Assembly: GCA_965221905.1 (NCBI GenBank)
Contig: OZ244922.1
Span: 2,272,001 to 2,336,000, forward strand
Origin: Chloroflexota bacterium
GTDB lineage: Bacteria > Chloroflexota > UBA11872 > VXOZ01
Reading direction: 5' to 3'
Length of the DNA stretch: 64,000 nt
Position numbers and translations under genes: made by a program. The notes beneath the pieces are model-generated. The model saw only the letters and a list, made by a program, of their open reading frames with translations. It was not told the DNA's origin and searched no databases. Positions 21,882 through 32,565 of the stretch are shown here, piece after piece (the stretch's first letter is position 1; each line of letters begins with the position of its first letter).

Positions 21882-22567
21882 AGATGAATCAGACTGAGCC
21901 CAATTCATTGCGCCCTGGAGATGCGACGCATCTGGCTCATGCTCCCTTGAAAACAACCAGCCTGCCGGCCGAGTGGGGCGCCGCGAGGAACTGCATAGCC
22001 CTGAATTCAGATTGTTTGGTGGGCCAAGGCGTACCGATTTGCGAACTTTTCGCTGGGAAGTTCGATTGTAGCATCGTGGGCGACTATTCACCACATTTTT
22101 TCATGCGATGAGTCACTCAGCCACCGACTCGTCGTTGTGCCAAACGGAGCCGAGCACCAGTCCACCGTGCTCGACTGACGACTACGGAACGCCCGTCTGT
22201 TGGCAACCCGCGCATCGGAATGCCGACACACCATGAGCGCAATCCGTTTCGTCCGCTTACGGAGCTTGCTCTTTGACCTGAACCTTCCTCACTGCTACCT
22301 TAGACTTGGATGTTTGCGGGTGGGTCACTGTGGACCGAAGGGTCGGAAACGCGCCTAGAGCAAACCGAGAAATTGTCCCTCACCCTGTTCATGACTCTCA
22401 GCTACGACTCCGCATTCGCAGTATAGCGCGCTACTTCCCCATGGATGAGGCATATTGCTATGAACTGCGACACAGAGTTTGGACGGGAAACTTCCGTCAG
22501 GCCAGTAATTCATTGGTGCAATAGGGCCATCTCGTATAGGCAATTTACCTTGAGGAGACGATATTAG

Positions 22568-23557
22568 ATGGAGAACGCCATTCACACCGCAGAGGGCTAC
22601 ACGGATCGAATACGACAAGAGCTCGAAAACTGCCTTATTGAGACGAATCTTTCTCAAGGTGAGAAGTTTGAAGCCAAAGTACGGGATCGATACGATCTTG
22701 GGGATCGTTTGGTACTCATCACCACCGACCGACAGAGTGCCTTCGACCGGGTGCTGGCCGCTATCCCCTTCAAGGGGCAGGTCCTCAACATGACGAGCGC
22801 ATGGTGGTTCGAACAGACCCGCCATATTGTGCCAAATCAGGTTTTGTCCATCCCCGATCCAAACGTCACAATTGCTAAGAAATGTACTGTCTTCCCGATT
22901 GAGTTCGTGGTGCGTGGATACATCACCGGAACCACGAGCACCTCCCTCTGGACGGTCTACCAGAGTGGTCAGCGTCACTACTGTGGCATTGATTTGCCCG
23001 ACGGCCTGGTGAAAAACCAGAAGCTCCCGACGAATTACCTCACACCGACCATCAAGGACGAGGACCACGACCTTCCGATCAGCCCTGACGAGATCGTGTC
23101 CGAGAACTGGATGACGGCCGAGGATTGGGAACAATGTAGCCGCATCGCACAGGAACTTTTCGCTTTCGGTCAAGCCAAGGCCGCCGAGTATGGCCTGATT
23201 CTCGTCGATACCAAATATGAGATGGGCCGTGACGAGAACGGTGAGATCCTTCTGATCGATGAGATCCATACCCCTGACTCCAGTCGCTACTGGATCGCCG
23301 ACACTTATCAACAGCGCATGCGGGAGGGACAGGAACCCGACAACGTCGACAAAGAATTCCTCCGGCTCTGGTTCACGGAGAACTGCAACCCCTACGAAGA
23401 TGACGTCCTGCCACCGGCGCCGGATGACCTTGTAATCGAACTCTCAAGTCGCTACATCTACCTTTACGAGACGATCACCGGTCGCTCTTTCGAGTTTCCG
23501 GAGGCGGACCAACCGATCGAGACACGTTTGGAAAACAACCTTGAAGGAATCGCTTGA
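22568..23557 (+). CDS. purC: SAICAR synthetase (long form)
   Basis: Motifs KVRDRY, TTDRQSAFD, IPFKGQVL, PIEFVVRGY, TPTIK, LILVDTKYE, LIDEIHTPDSSRYW, DKEFLR. GAGGAG RBS. Confidence 0.95.
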   Translation: MENAIHTAEGYTDRIRQELENCLIETNLSQGEKFEAKVRDRYDLGDRLVLITTDRQSAFDRVLAAIPFKGQVLNMTSAWWFEQTRHIVPNQVLSIPDPNVTIAKKCTVFPIEFVVRGYITGTTSTSLWTVYQSGQRHYCGIDLPDGLVKNQKLPTNYLTPTIKDEDHDLPISPDEIVSENWMTAEDWEQCSRIAQELFAFGQAKAAEYGLILVDTKYEMGRDENGEILLIDEIHTPDSSRYWIADTYQQRMREGQEPDNVDKEFLRLWFTENCNPYEDDVLPPAPDDLVIELSSRYIYLYETITGRSFEFPEADQPIETRLENNLEGIA

Positions 23558-23710
23558 AGATATGCGGAGGACAATAGGGCCGATGTGATTCTCCTTCCAC
23601 TTCAATTGACGGAAAGCCCTATCCAACAAGCAAGAAGTGTAGGCTGATCAGGCGCTCAACTTAACCGAGCCGGCATTTTTTCTTAGAAGGTGTCCAATAG
23701 GTCGCCTGAT

Positions 23711-23769
23711 CCGTTCGTGGTGAGCTTGTCGAACCAAGAACGACCCTTCGACAGGCTCAGGGTGAACGG
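23711..23769. repeat. REP-like intergenic palindrome
   Basis: CCGTTC-GTGG-TGAGCTTGTCGAA-loop-TTCGACAGGCTCA-GGGT-GAACGG forms an imperfect inverted repeat. Confidence 0.75.
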
Positions 23770-23890
23770 AGTTCTTACACACCATTGGAGTTCTAGCGTC
23801 GCAAACACCGTTACCTCTTCTCTGACGGTTCGTCGCCGGGGCTCGTCAAGTTGGCTTGATAGTTAAGCCGAAATTGAATCGAGCGAAAAA

Positions 23891-24550
23891 GTGAAGAGAT
23901 TTATCCTCTTTGACCATGATGGCGTTCTGGTGGATACCGAATTCTGGTATTACAAGGCCGGAGAGCGCGCCCTGGCTGACATTGGATTTATTTTGGATAG
24001 AGATCAATACGTCCGAGACATGACCCAGGGATTGGCCACCTGGGGCCAAGCTAGAGCGGCAGGTATTGATGAACAGACTATCAGCAGGCAGCGTGAAGTC
24101 CGTAATGTCTATTATCAGAAATATCTTAGAACAGAAGACATCGAAATCAAGGGTGTCTTGGAAACGCTGGACGTACTCGCAGCTGAGCACAGGATGGCCG
24201 TAATTACTACCTCCAAACCACCTGATTTCGCCTTAATACACGATAGGCGATCCATTCTGGATCATATGGAATTCTATTTTACTCGGGAGGATTACGAGCG
24301 AGCTAAACCACATCCCGAACCCTATCTGAGAGGGCTCCAACGCTTTGGTGCTACTGCCGCTGAAACGGTTGTTGTTGAAGACTCGGCGAGAGGGATGAAC
24401 TCGGCAATTGCGGCGGGTATTGACTGCATCGTGGTCGCGAACGAGTTCACTGCAGCTCACGATTTATCCAAAGCGACTGCCAAGGTTGCTACGTTTAGGG
24501 AACTGCCATCTGCAATAAGGGGCTTGGACAATTTACCCGCGCGACGCTGA
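23891..24550 (+). CDS. HAD-superfamily phosphatase (subfamily IA)
   Basis: Motifs FDHDGVLVDTE, TTS, KPHPEPY, VVEDS.RG. Confidence 0.9.
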   Translation: MKRFILFDHDGVLVDTEFWYYKAGERALADIGFILDRDQYVRDMTQGLATWGQARAAGIDEQTISRQREVRNVYYQKYLRTEDIEIKGVLETLDVLAAEHRMAVITTSKPPDFALIHDRRSILDHMEFYFTREDYERAKPHPEPYLRGLQRFGATAAETVVVEDSARGMNSAIAAGIDCIVVANEFTAAHDLSKATAKVATFRELPSAIRGLDNLPARR

Positions 24551-24596
24551 AGAGCGCGCGCCTGCCAAAAGCGTTTGGCCTTAGAAATCGAGAGTC

Positions 24597-24770
24597 ATGA
24601 ATCAGCAAACGCAGAAGCAACCCGCCGAATCGCCGGCCGAAAGCTATGAATATCAGATGGTACCGGCCATATTTGCCCCTTGGGTGCCGGCCCAACTGGG
24701 CTTTGCAGCGCCACAGATTGGCGGAATTTTCCTGGATGTCGCGTGTGGTACTGGCGTTTTCACGCGAAGT
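24597..24770 (+). pseudogene. Truncated class I SAM methyltransferase fragment
   Basis: PAESYE..MVPAIFAPW followed by motif I LDVACGTGV; the similarity then ends. Confidence 0.65.
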
Positions 24771-24972
24771 TGCCGAGGCTTTGGACCTCATCGTGGAGTT
24801 CCGTGAGCGTAAGGAGAAGCTGGAGATTGCCGCAGAAGAAGCGAGGAGCTTGCCCAGGAAGCGGTGGCAACTCCTGGATAGCGCCGATGCCTTCGCCACT
24901 TTCGCCGAGGAGATGGACGAGATTCTCAAGGACAACGCCTACGGAATTCTCTTGCGCTTCAAGAGAAAGTGA
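24765..24972 (+). pseudogene. Probable relic of a large serine recombinase (C-terminal coiled-coil region)
   Basis: EFRERKEKLEIAAEEARSL...LLDSADAFATFAEEMDEILK resembles, from recall, the post-coiled-coil segment of large serine recombinases. No catalytic domain is present. Confidence 0.45.
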
Positions 24973-25007
24973 CCTGGGCAGATGGTTGAGGGGCAGATCA
25001 ACTGGGC

Positions 25008-25745
25008 CTATCTAGTTGGGTACCGAGCGTTCGGGCCTTCAAGGATGGCGCGCTGGGAATCGGTCAGGTCTGCATAGTCATTGGGGTCCAGGTAGCTGGC
25101 CGACCATGAGAGCGGGTGCGGGCTGTACTTGAAGAAGATGGTGCGGCGCTCGTCAGCGCCGTTCCAGGGAAGGGTGCCGTGGGTAAGGGCCTCAGTGAAG
25201 ATGATGGCGGTGCCGGCGGGTCCGGTTACCCGCTCCACGAAAGGGCCCGGCTCGTCCATCACTTTCCACTCATCGGGGAACTTGTAGTTGCTCTTGTGCG
25301 AGCCTGGCACGCAGCCGAAGCCGCCGTCCATGGGGCCAACATCCTTCAAATTGTAGGCAACCACGGATAGGCCGTTATGCATCATCCCGTTCTGGAAGCG
25401 GTAGTAGAACGTGGGCTTGAAGGGGGCACCACCGCCGTGGAGGCTCGTTCCGATCGGGCCCTTGCCTGACCTGATGACATCGAGATAAACGTGGTCGAGC
25501 CTGAACTGATCGCCAAGCAGTTCGGCCAGGTAGGGTGTGATGGCCGGATTGTCGATTAGGTCGCGGTAGTCCTTGGACCAGTCGAGCAGGGGCGCAAACC
25601 TGTGGGTGCGCATGTCCGTTGGGCACTCAGTTGCGATGTGCTCGTCGAGCACGCTGTTGAGCTGGGCGATCTTCTCAGGTGACAATGCTCCCGGCACAAC
25701 AAGGTAGCCTTGAAGGTCGAACATGTAGCGCTCGTGGTCGTTCAT
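25008..25745 (-). CDS. Phytanoyl-CoA dioxygenase (PhyH) family Fe(II)/2OG enzyme
   Basis: Motifs FDLQGYLVV, LHGG, GGFGCVPGSHK, IFTEALTHG, RRTIFFKY. GGGAG RBS. Confidence 0.85.
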   Translation of the reverse strand: MNDHERYMFDLQGYLVVPGALSPEKIAQLNSVLDEHIATECPTDMRTHRFAPLLDWSKDYRDLIDNPAITPYLAELLGDQFRLDHVYLDVIRSGKGPIGTSLHGGGAPFKPTFYYRFQNGMMHNGLSVVAYNLKDVGPMDGGFGCVPGSHKSNYKFPDEWKVMDEPGPFVERVTGPAGTAIIFTEALTHGTLPWNGADERRTIFFKYSPHPLSWSASYLDPNDYADLTDSQRAILEGPNARYPTR

Positions 25746-26159
25746 GAGTTGTCTCCCTGTTACATGTTATCTGGAATCAATGGCTAGAGCCTTTATGCCA
25801 TGTTCCTTCCAGGCCCTGTTTCTAGCCTACGTCGACCGCCTCGATGGTCCACCAAGAGTCGGCAACTCAATACCTACCTTGCCACTCTGGAGGACCAATC
25901 GCAATAACCTGGTTTCGATCTCTGTAACCGAGGTCATGCCAAGACAGCAGACATGCACTTGAGTGGCGTCCAAGATTTGCTTTCGAGCGGGCGCCCCTCT
26001 AACTTCCCTTACACGGTTCCGTTCTTACCCTCCGTATTGTCACATCCCTGGGAAACTATCTCAAAATGGTCAGCCGCCACTGTCGGCGGAACCACAGGTC
26101 AAGTCTGGTCAAATGCAACCGTGGAATAGTTCGAGTCCCTTCAGGTCTTAGCTATGAAC

Positions 26160-26236
26160 TGGTGGGCAAGAGAGGACTCGAACCTCCGACCTCCACGATG
26201 TCAACGTGGCGCTCTAACCGGCTGAGCTACTTGCCC
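26160..26236 (-). tRNA. tRNA-Val(GAC), CCA encoded
   Basis: GGGCAAGTAGCTCAGCCGGTTAGAGCGCCACGTTGACATCGTGGAGGTCGGAGGTTCGAGTCCTCTCTTGCCCACCA folds as a cloverleaf. Confidence 0.97.
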
Positions 26237-26250
26237 TTCATCTATGGCGG

Positions 26251-26279
26251 AGTATAGCATGGGACCAGTGCCTGAGCAA
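26251..26279 (-). promoter_or_regulatory. Sigma70-type promoter of tRNA-Val(GAC)
   Basis: TTGCTC-17 bp-TATACT with an extended TG, 14 nt upstream of the tRNA. Confidence 0.65.
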
Positions 26280-26326
26280 TCGGCAGCGACCTGCCGCCAG
26301 CCTTGTTTTCCCTGCTTGTCAAGAGT

Positions 26327-26900
26327 CTAGCGCAATGTTACTAGCACCTCGTTAGGGCGAAACCAGGGAATGGTGAACAAAGGGTCATAGATCGCGATTC
26401 TCCAATCACTTTGGTGCTCTAGCCCCTGCACGCGCAGCCAGTCTTCCAACCTAGCTCTCTCAGTTTTGGCACTGTTGTTGAATGAAATACCCTTGAAGCA
26501 AATGCCGGCGATTTCGCGACGTTCGACCTCGCGCATGGTCACACTTCTGTTGCACAGGACTGGCGCCGTTTCGTACGTATTCTTCGGCTTCCGTCCCCGC
26601 TATCCCGCCAACTAGACTCATGGGGATCGTGTCGCAAACACTGGCCTGCCCAGGGCCGAAGTCAATCTCCTGCACGAACGATTCGATGAACGGTAGTTGC
26701 ACCGTCAGCTCGTTCACCTTCTGGTACATGCCTACGCACACAGGCGACCTGCTTGCACCGAATCGATCGGCCCGGTTTGGCCGACACCGGGCCGAAGAAG
26801 CCCGCCGGAACCCGCGTCCTTGTGATTGAGCGGCATCGCAGCCGCCGCGACCTCTGCCCAATACCCCTCGGCCAAGTCTCCCCAAGCCAAGTTTTCACCA
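26327..26900 (-). pseudogene. Frameshifted SOUL heme-binding protein relic
   Basis: C-terminus AIYDPLFTIPWFRPNEVLV matches the SOUL family ending (YDPP..P..RRNEV). GFRR and PVQQ fragments lie in another frame. Confidence 0.6.
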
Positions 26901-27130
26901 AACTCGGTAGACGCAATTTAATCCACTTCGTCAATCGTCGTAACAGCCGCTGCACAGGCGCTCGCGGGCAGCCATCGGCTGTGAACCGCCAGACTACCGT
27001 GCCGCTCATTCTGTGTGATCAAGAAACAAATACGGTTTGCAGGTCGGTCAAAGCTTCCGCCCTTCCAAGGGCAGTTCCGCCGCCACATTAGTAGCTTGTG
27101 CGCGCCCACACACATGTGCACAAGCGATTT

Positions 27131-27160
27131 TTGACAGTCATTAAGGAAAATGTACATAAT
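27131..27160 (+). promoter_or_regulatory. Sigma70-type promoter, possibly giving a leaderless transcript
   Basis: TTGACA-18 bp-CATAAT, with ATG 6 nt downstream (27167) and no RBS in between. Confidence 0.55.
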
Positions 27161-27166
27161 GCGATC

Positions 27167-28543
27167 ATGATCGACAGCGATGTGCAGCGTTCCAGGGCAG
27201 CCCAAGTGGGTTTCCTAATGAGGTCTTAACGCCAATCCTTCTCCCAGGGAGAGGGCCGGCGAGGGTTGACTCAGAAAGCACTGCTGGAGCGCATGGCGTC
27301 GGTGGACGGGGAATACGCAGAGCGGTACAGTCATGCCACAGTCTCGCGGTGGGAATCGGGTGGTACCCGCCCTACACTTCAGCGGCTGAAGGTCTTTGGT
27401 ACGGCACTCAACTTGTCGCAGCCAGAGGTAGCCGGCCTGATACTGCTGGCAGGGCTCGCGCCCGACTTTCAAACTGCAACGGAGCAGGTCACCGTGAGCA
27501 GTGGTACCGACGCCATTAGCAATGTAGGAATAGTAGACGAAATTTCTGCCCGTGTTGTTGGGGAGAATGAAAGGGCTTGGGCAACCGAGAGCGCCTCGTC
27601 AATTCTTAGGGATGTGATCCGTTTTGGGCTTCTCAGGTTCCTGCTGCTTGGGATATGCATAGTAGGCGGTGGGTATGGCTTGTCACTCTTTGGCTGGAAC
27701 GACGTCTGGATGCCCATAGTCTACGTAGCTTGCATAACGGGTCTCGTGCTGGCGCAAGGCTTTTTGCTGCCGGATCATGACGCTGACCTCAGGGATTTCT
27801 TCTGGATCTCACTGTTTTTTCTGTTGACCACTCCCTTGCTGCAGTTCGCCCCTATTCGCATGGACCACTACAACTTTCATACGATTGAGAGTTTTGCCGG
27901 CACACAGATGCCTTACATGCTCGCCCTCTTGGTGAACCTGCTGGTCTCATCTGCCGCCGGGCTTATATTTCATCTGCTATGGAAGAGGCAATACGCCTGT
28001 GTCAGGGGAAGGAGCAACGCCCTCCGGCGGGCGACCTGGGTTGCACTGCCACCGGTGGTTTTCGTATATGCAGTGATCATGGTCATTACCAACATTTCGG
28101 TATCGATACAACTGGCCGTCCTGCTACCAGTGTTGGCTGCAGTCTTTACAATGTTGTTGGTCTTGCGTGACCCCTCTGTCAATACCAGTGATCGGGACCG
28201 ACGGTTCCTCCTCTCTACTACGATGGCAGTAGCTTTGGTCTCAACGACCTTGGGAATCATTACCATCCTGTCGATTTACGTCTCGCCGGATTTGCCTGTA
28301 GTTCTGCCGGACCATAATCTGCTACGTTCTTGGGAAATCAATTTTGCAGAGCTGGGCTATACTCGAGGAGAGGCGCTGGACCGCGTGAACCTAGGATACA
28401 TGTGGCACGCGATGTGCGTCTTCGTCTACATGGTCTTTGTCGTTGGCGGCAATCTAGTTGTCACCATTTACCAGATGGATGACGACCAGCGGCAATTGGG
28501 TACCCTAGGGCTTCCACAGCCCAATTTCAAGGTCATGGCATAA
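27167..28543 (+). CDS. XRE-type HTH domain fused to a multi-pass membrane domain; in-frame TAA at 27227-27229 if started at 27167, otherwise TTG start at 27266
   Basis: HTH pattern LTQKALL...YSHATVSRWESGGTRP...L..F..ALNL, then about 8 hydrophobic segments. Upstream in-frame reading is MIDSDVQRSRAAQVGFLMRS*RQSF. Stop overlaps the next ATG (TAATG). Confidence 0.75.
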
Positions 28544-30906
28544 TGCGAGCCGACGAACTGGCGAAAGAAAATGAGACGCTGCGGGACCGCCTGTCCAAGT
28601 TGAGCGAGGCCAGCCTTCGCATCAATGAGAACCTGGAATTCGAGACGGTATTGCAGGGCATCCTTGACAACGCCCTGTCGCTGGCGGACGCCCGGTACGG
28701 CGTGATTACCCTCCTCGGCGAATCGGGTCAGTTGCGGGACTTTATTGCCTCCTGGCTTACTCCGGCAGAGTCCCTGGAGCTGTGGGACTTGCCGGACGGG
28801 ACTAAATTCTTTGAGTATCTCAACAGTCTCTCGGAGCCGCTGAGGGTCCAAGACTTCCAGGACCACATACGGTCGCAGGGCCTCTCCGGGATTGACCCTT
28901 CTGCCGTGTGGGCGATTCCTCCCAAGTCCTTCCTAGGGGTGCCGCTGCGCCACCGAGGCGAATGCGTTGGCTGCATATACGTTGGCGGGAAGAAAGCCGG
29001 CAAGGAGTTTACTGCCGAGGACGAGGAAACCCTGGTCATGTTCGCTTCGCAGGCAGCGCTCGTGATCGCAAACGCCCGCCGCTACCGAGACGAGCAGCGG
29101 GCCAAAGCCAACCTGGAGACCTTGATAAACACTGCTCCAGTGGGCGTCGCAGTGTTCGACGCAAGGACGGGAGCCCCAGTTTCGTTCAACGGGGAGGCTG
29201 TAAGAATTCTCGATGACCTGCGGACTCCGGACCATCCTCCCGAGAAACTTCTCGAAATACTGACATTTCGCCGGGCTGACGGGCGGGAGACTTCACTCGC
29301 AGAGTTTTCCCTGGCACAGGCCTTGAAGAATGCCGAGACAGTACGCGCGGAGACTATCGTCATCAAGGTCCCAGATGGCAGATCGGTGACAACACTTATC
29401 AGCGCCACGCCCATCCATTCGGAGGACGGAGAGGTCGAGACGGTTATCGTAACGGTTCAGGACATGACGCCGCTGGAGGAGCTGGAGCGGCTGCGCGCCG
29501 AGTTCCTGGGCATGGTGGGCCATGAACTCCGGACGCCTCTGACCTCAATCAAGGGCTCCGCCACCACCTTGCTGGAAGCCGCGTCCTCTCTCGATCCGGC
29601 CGAGATGCTTCAGTTCCACCGGATCATCAACGAGCAGGCCGACTACATGCGGGACCTGATCAGCGACCTCATCGACGTTGTGCGAATTGAGACGGGAACA
29701 CTGTCCGTCAAACCCGAGCCTGCGGAGGTCCCCAGACTGGTGGACGAGGCTAGGAATATCTTCCTCAGCGCGGGCGGTCGGAACAATATACGTATCAACC
29801 TTCCGCCGGACCTCCCTCAGGTCATGGCGGATAGGCGGCGCATCGTCCAGGTCATTACCAACCTCCTTTCCAACGCCTCAAGAAACTCCAACGAATCGTC
29901 CAGTATTCGGGTTAGCGCTGAACGAGAGGCCGTCCATGTCGCTGTCTCCGTCGCTGATGACGGCAGAGGCATGTCCGCCGAGCGCCTACCTCACCTATTC
30001 GGAAAGTTTTCCAACATCGAGGACCAGGGACGTAGCCGCGACCTGGGCCTGGGATTAGCCATCTGCAAGGGGATTGTGGAGGCTCACGGGGGCCGCATTT
30101 GGGCCGAGAGCGACGGGCCGGGCCTGGGCAGCCGTTTTACGTTCACAATTCCGTTGCCCGATGAGGCCGCGACGAGCGGAGCCGCCGCGCGGGACTCGAC
30201 CCATTCACAGCGGACAAAGAAGAGTGGAAAGACGCGCGTCCTTGCAGTGGATGACGACCCCCGGACACTGAAGCAGGTTCGTGACACGCTCTCGAATGCG
30301 GGCTGCGAGCCAATCGTGACCGGTGACCCCGATGAAGTATTATCCCTTTTGGAAGCCAACGAACCTCAAGTGGTTTTACTCGACCTGATGCTGCCGGGCA
30401 CCGACGGCATCGAGCTGATGAAAGACATCCTCGCCGTCCAAGACGTGCCGGTTATTTTCTTGTCCGCGTACGGCCAGGATGAAGTAATCGCCAGGGCCTT
30501 CGAAATGGGAGCCGTCGATTACATGGTCAAGCCCTTCTCACCCTCGGAGTTGGTGGCGAGGGTCAAAGCCGCCCGGCGCAAGCAGGCAGAGCCGTCTAAG
30601 CCCTTTGTTTTGGGGGATCTTGCCATCGACTACGCCACACGAAAAGTGGCCGTCGCCGGACGCCCGGTGGAGCTGACAGCCATTGAATATCGGCTGCTGG
30701 TCGAGTTGTCGGTTAACGCCGGAATCGCATTGACTCACGAGCAGCTACTGCAGCGGATCTGGAGCCTGGGCAGAGCCGGAGATGCCCGGCCCATGCGCAC
30801 GGCCGTTAAGAACCTCCGCCGCAAGCTGGGCGACGAAGTGATCAGTCCCAAGTACATTTTCACCGTGCCGCGCGTAGGTTATCGCATGGCAAAGGCTGAG
30901 GAGTAA
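28543..30906 (+). CDS. Soluble hybrid GAF-PAS-HisKA-HATPase-REC-OmpR/KdpE winged-helix protein
   Basis: GAF (FLGVPL...FTAEDEETL), PAS, H-box GHELRTPL, NLLSNA, DDGRG, GLGLAICKGIVEAHGG, REC (AVDDD, LLDLMLP, KPF), wHTH (LTAIEYRLL...LRRKLGD...TVPRVGY). Confidence 0.92.
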   Translation: MRADELAKENETLRDRLSKLSEASLRINENLEFETVLQGILDNALSLADARYGVITLLGESGQLRDFIASWLTPAESLELWDLPDGTKFFEYLNSLSEPLRVQDFQDHIRSQGLSGIDPSAVWAIPPKSFLGVPLRHRGECVGCIYVGGKKAGKEFTAEDEETLVMFASQAALVIANARRYRDEQRAKANLETLINTAPVGVAVFDARTGAPVSFNGEAVRILDDLRTPDHPPEKLLEILTFRRADGRETSLAEFSLAQALKNAETVRAETIVIKVPDGRSVTTLISATPIHSEDGEVETVIVTVQDMTPLEELERLRAEFLGMVGHELRTPLTSIKGSATTLLEAASSLDPAEMLQFHRIINEQADYMRDLISDLIDVVRIETGTLSVKPEPAEVPRLVDEARNIFLSAGGRNNIRINLPPDLPQVMADRRRIVQVITNLLSNASRNSNESSSIRVSAEREAVHVAVSVADDGRGMSAERLPHLFGKFSNIEDQGRSRDLGLGLAICKGIVEAHGGRIWAESDGPGLGSRFTFTIPLPDEAATSGAAARDSTHSQRTKKSGKTRVLAVDDDPRTLKQVRDTLSNAGCEPIVTGDPDEVLSLLEANEPQVVLLDLMLPGTDGIELMKDILAVQDVPVIFLSAYGQDEVIARAFEMGAVDYMVKPFSPSELVARVKAARRKQAEPSKPFVLGDLAIDYATRKVAVAGRPVELTAIEYRLLVELSVNAGIALTHEQLLQRIWSLGRAGDARPMRTAVKNLRRKLGDEVISPKYIFTVPRVGYRMAKAEE

Positions 30907-31559
30907 GTACCCGTCATGCCTGGTGGGCGTGGCGAGGGAATCCACTACCAAACCGTCTAACCTCTCTCTTGATTCACTATAGCGCCTTCCCGCTAAGAAC
31001 CAGGGCCCAGTCGCTAGTCTCGCATCGGATTTCAGCGAAGCCTCGCCACAATCGGCGCGCTCTGAAAATGACGCTCTCAGTTATGTCCCGTCCGTGGAGT
31101 GTCGCGATGCGAGGCAACCCGGTGTATCCGGCAGAATTGAGCGCGCCATAGTTGGTCTTGGCTATCGGCTTTGTAGCGTTCCGGATCCCGGCTTGGCGCG
31201 CTTCCGCCTCAGTCGCGTCAAAAGGGAGCGCCAAGCCCTGTTTTAGCCGGGAGTTACGGACTTACGCGGTCGTAGTTAGACCTAGGACCCGGACCGGCCT
31301 CGTTGATCGCCTTCACACGGTAGGTGTGGCGGGTCCCGGCGGTCACGTCTCTGTCAATAAAGGTCGTAGCCGTACTGCCGGTGTTCTCCACGTAGACAAT
31401 CAAGTTATCCTCCCCCATGGCAGGCCGGCGCCGCAAGATTTGGTATCCAGTGACGCTGTAATCATCGGGCGCATCCCACGTAAGTGTGATCGAGCCGTCG
31501 GAGTTCGCCGTCACCGACAGGTTCTGCGGTGCCGGTGGGGGCTCCGCCGCTTCCTCCTG

Positions 31560-32565
31560 GTCATCGATAATGGAGACAGTGGCCTCGGCAGTGCTCCCTG
31601 CGGTTACGCCGGTTGGGAATGTCCCGAACGTCAGTTTCACACTTTCTCCGTCGTCGTTGTCGTTGTCGGTGGCAGCGGAGAAGGTAATCGCCTTCTCCGT
31701 TTCACCACTAGCCAACGTCACGCTGCTCGGAACGCCGGAATAGTCGGAGTTGGATGCCCCGGCTTGGCCGGTCTTGGTGATCGGAATGGCGACCGTGCGC
31801 TCAGGATCGGCGCTCAAAGTGACCTTCACTGTGACTGTCTTGCCCTCGTCCACAGTGTAGGTGCCTTGCTCAAAGCTCACACCCACCGCAGGTACGTCAT
31901 CGTCCGTGATGCTCACCGTTGTCTCGGCTGTGCTCCCCTCGCTTACGTTGATGGGGAGTGTCCCGAAGTCCAGCTTCACGCTCTCTCCGTCATCGTTAAT
32001 AGTGTCCTGAGCGGCAGTGAAGGTGGCGATCTGCTCCGTTTCACCACTAACGAACGTCACGCTGGTCGGAACGCCGGAATAGTCGTCGCCATCGGCCCCG
32101 TCCTGACCAGCCGCGGTCAGCAGGATCGTCACACTCCGCTCAGGATCGGCGCTCAGTGCCACCATCACCGTGATCGTGCCGCCCTCGTCCACCGTGTAGG
32201 TGCCTTGCTCAAAGCTCACACTCACCGCAGGTACGTCATCGTCGGAGATGCTTACCGTTGTTTCCGCTGTGCTCCCCTCGCTTACGTCGATGGGGAGTGT
32301 CCCGAAGTCCAGCTTCACGCTCTCTCCGTCATCGTTAATAGTGTCCTGAGTGGCAGTGAAGGTGGCGGGCTGCTCCGTTTCACCACTAGCGAACGTCACG
32401 CTGGTCGGAACAGAGTAGTCATCGCTATCGGCCCCGTCCTGACCAGCCGCGGTCAGCAGGATCGTCACACTCCGCTCAGGATCGGCGCTAAGTGCCACCA
32501 TCACCGTGATCGTGCCGCCCTCGTCCACCGTGTAGGTGCCTTGCTCAAAGCTCACACTCACCGCC
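31560..32565. repeat. Three ~336-339-bp tandem domain repeats with high DNA identity
   Basis: GTGCCTTGCTCAAAGCTCACAC recurs at 31861, 32200 and 32536; protein unit VSFEQGTYTVDEG...LSADPER...DDGESVKL. Confidence 0.9.

Noticed and set aside
21900-22560. ZTP or purine riboswitch, or small gene, upstream of purC
   Set aside because: No consensus elements found; the short ORFs lack RBS and motifs.
22355-23311. 318-aa minus-strand ORF
   Set aside because: Antisense to the clearly identifiable purC.
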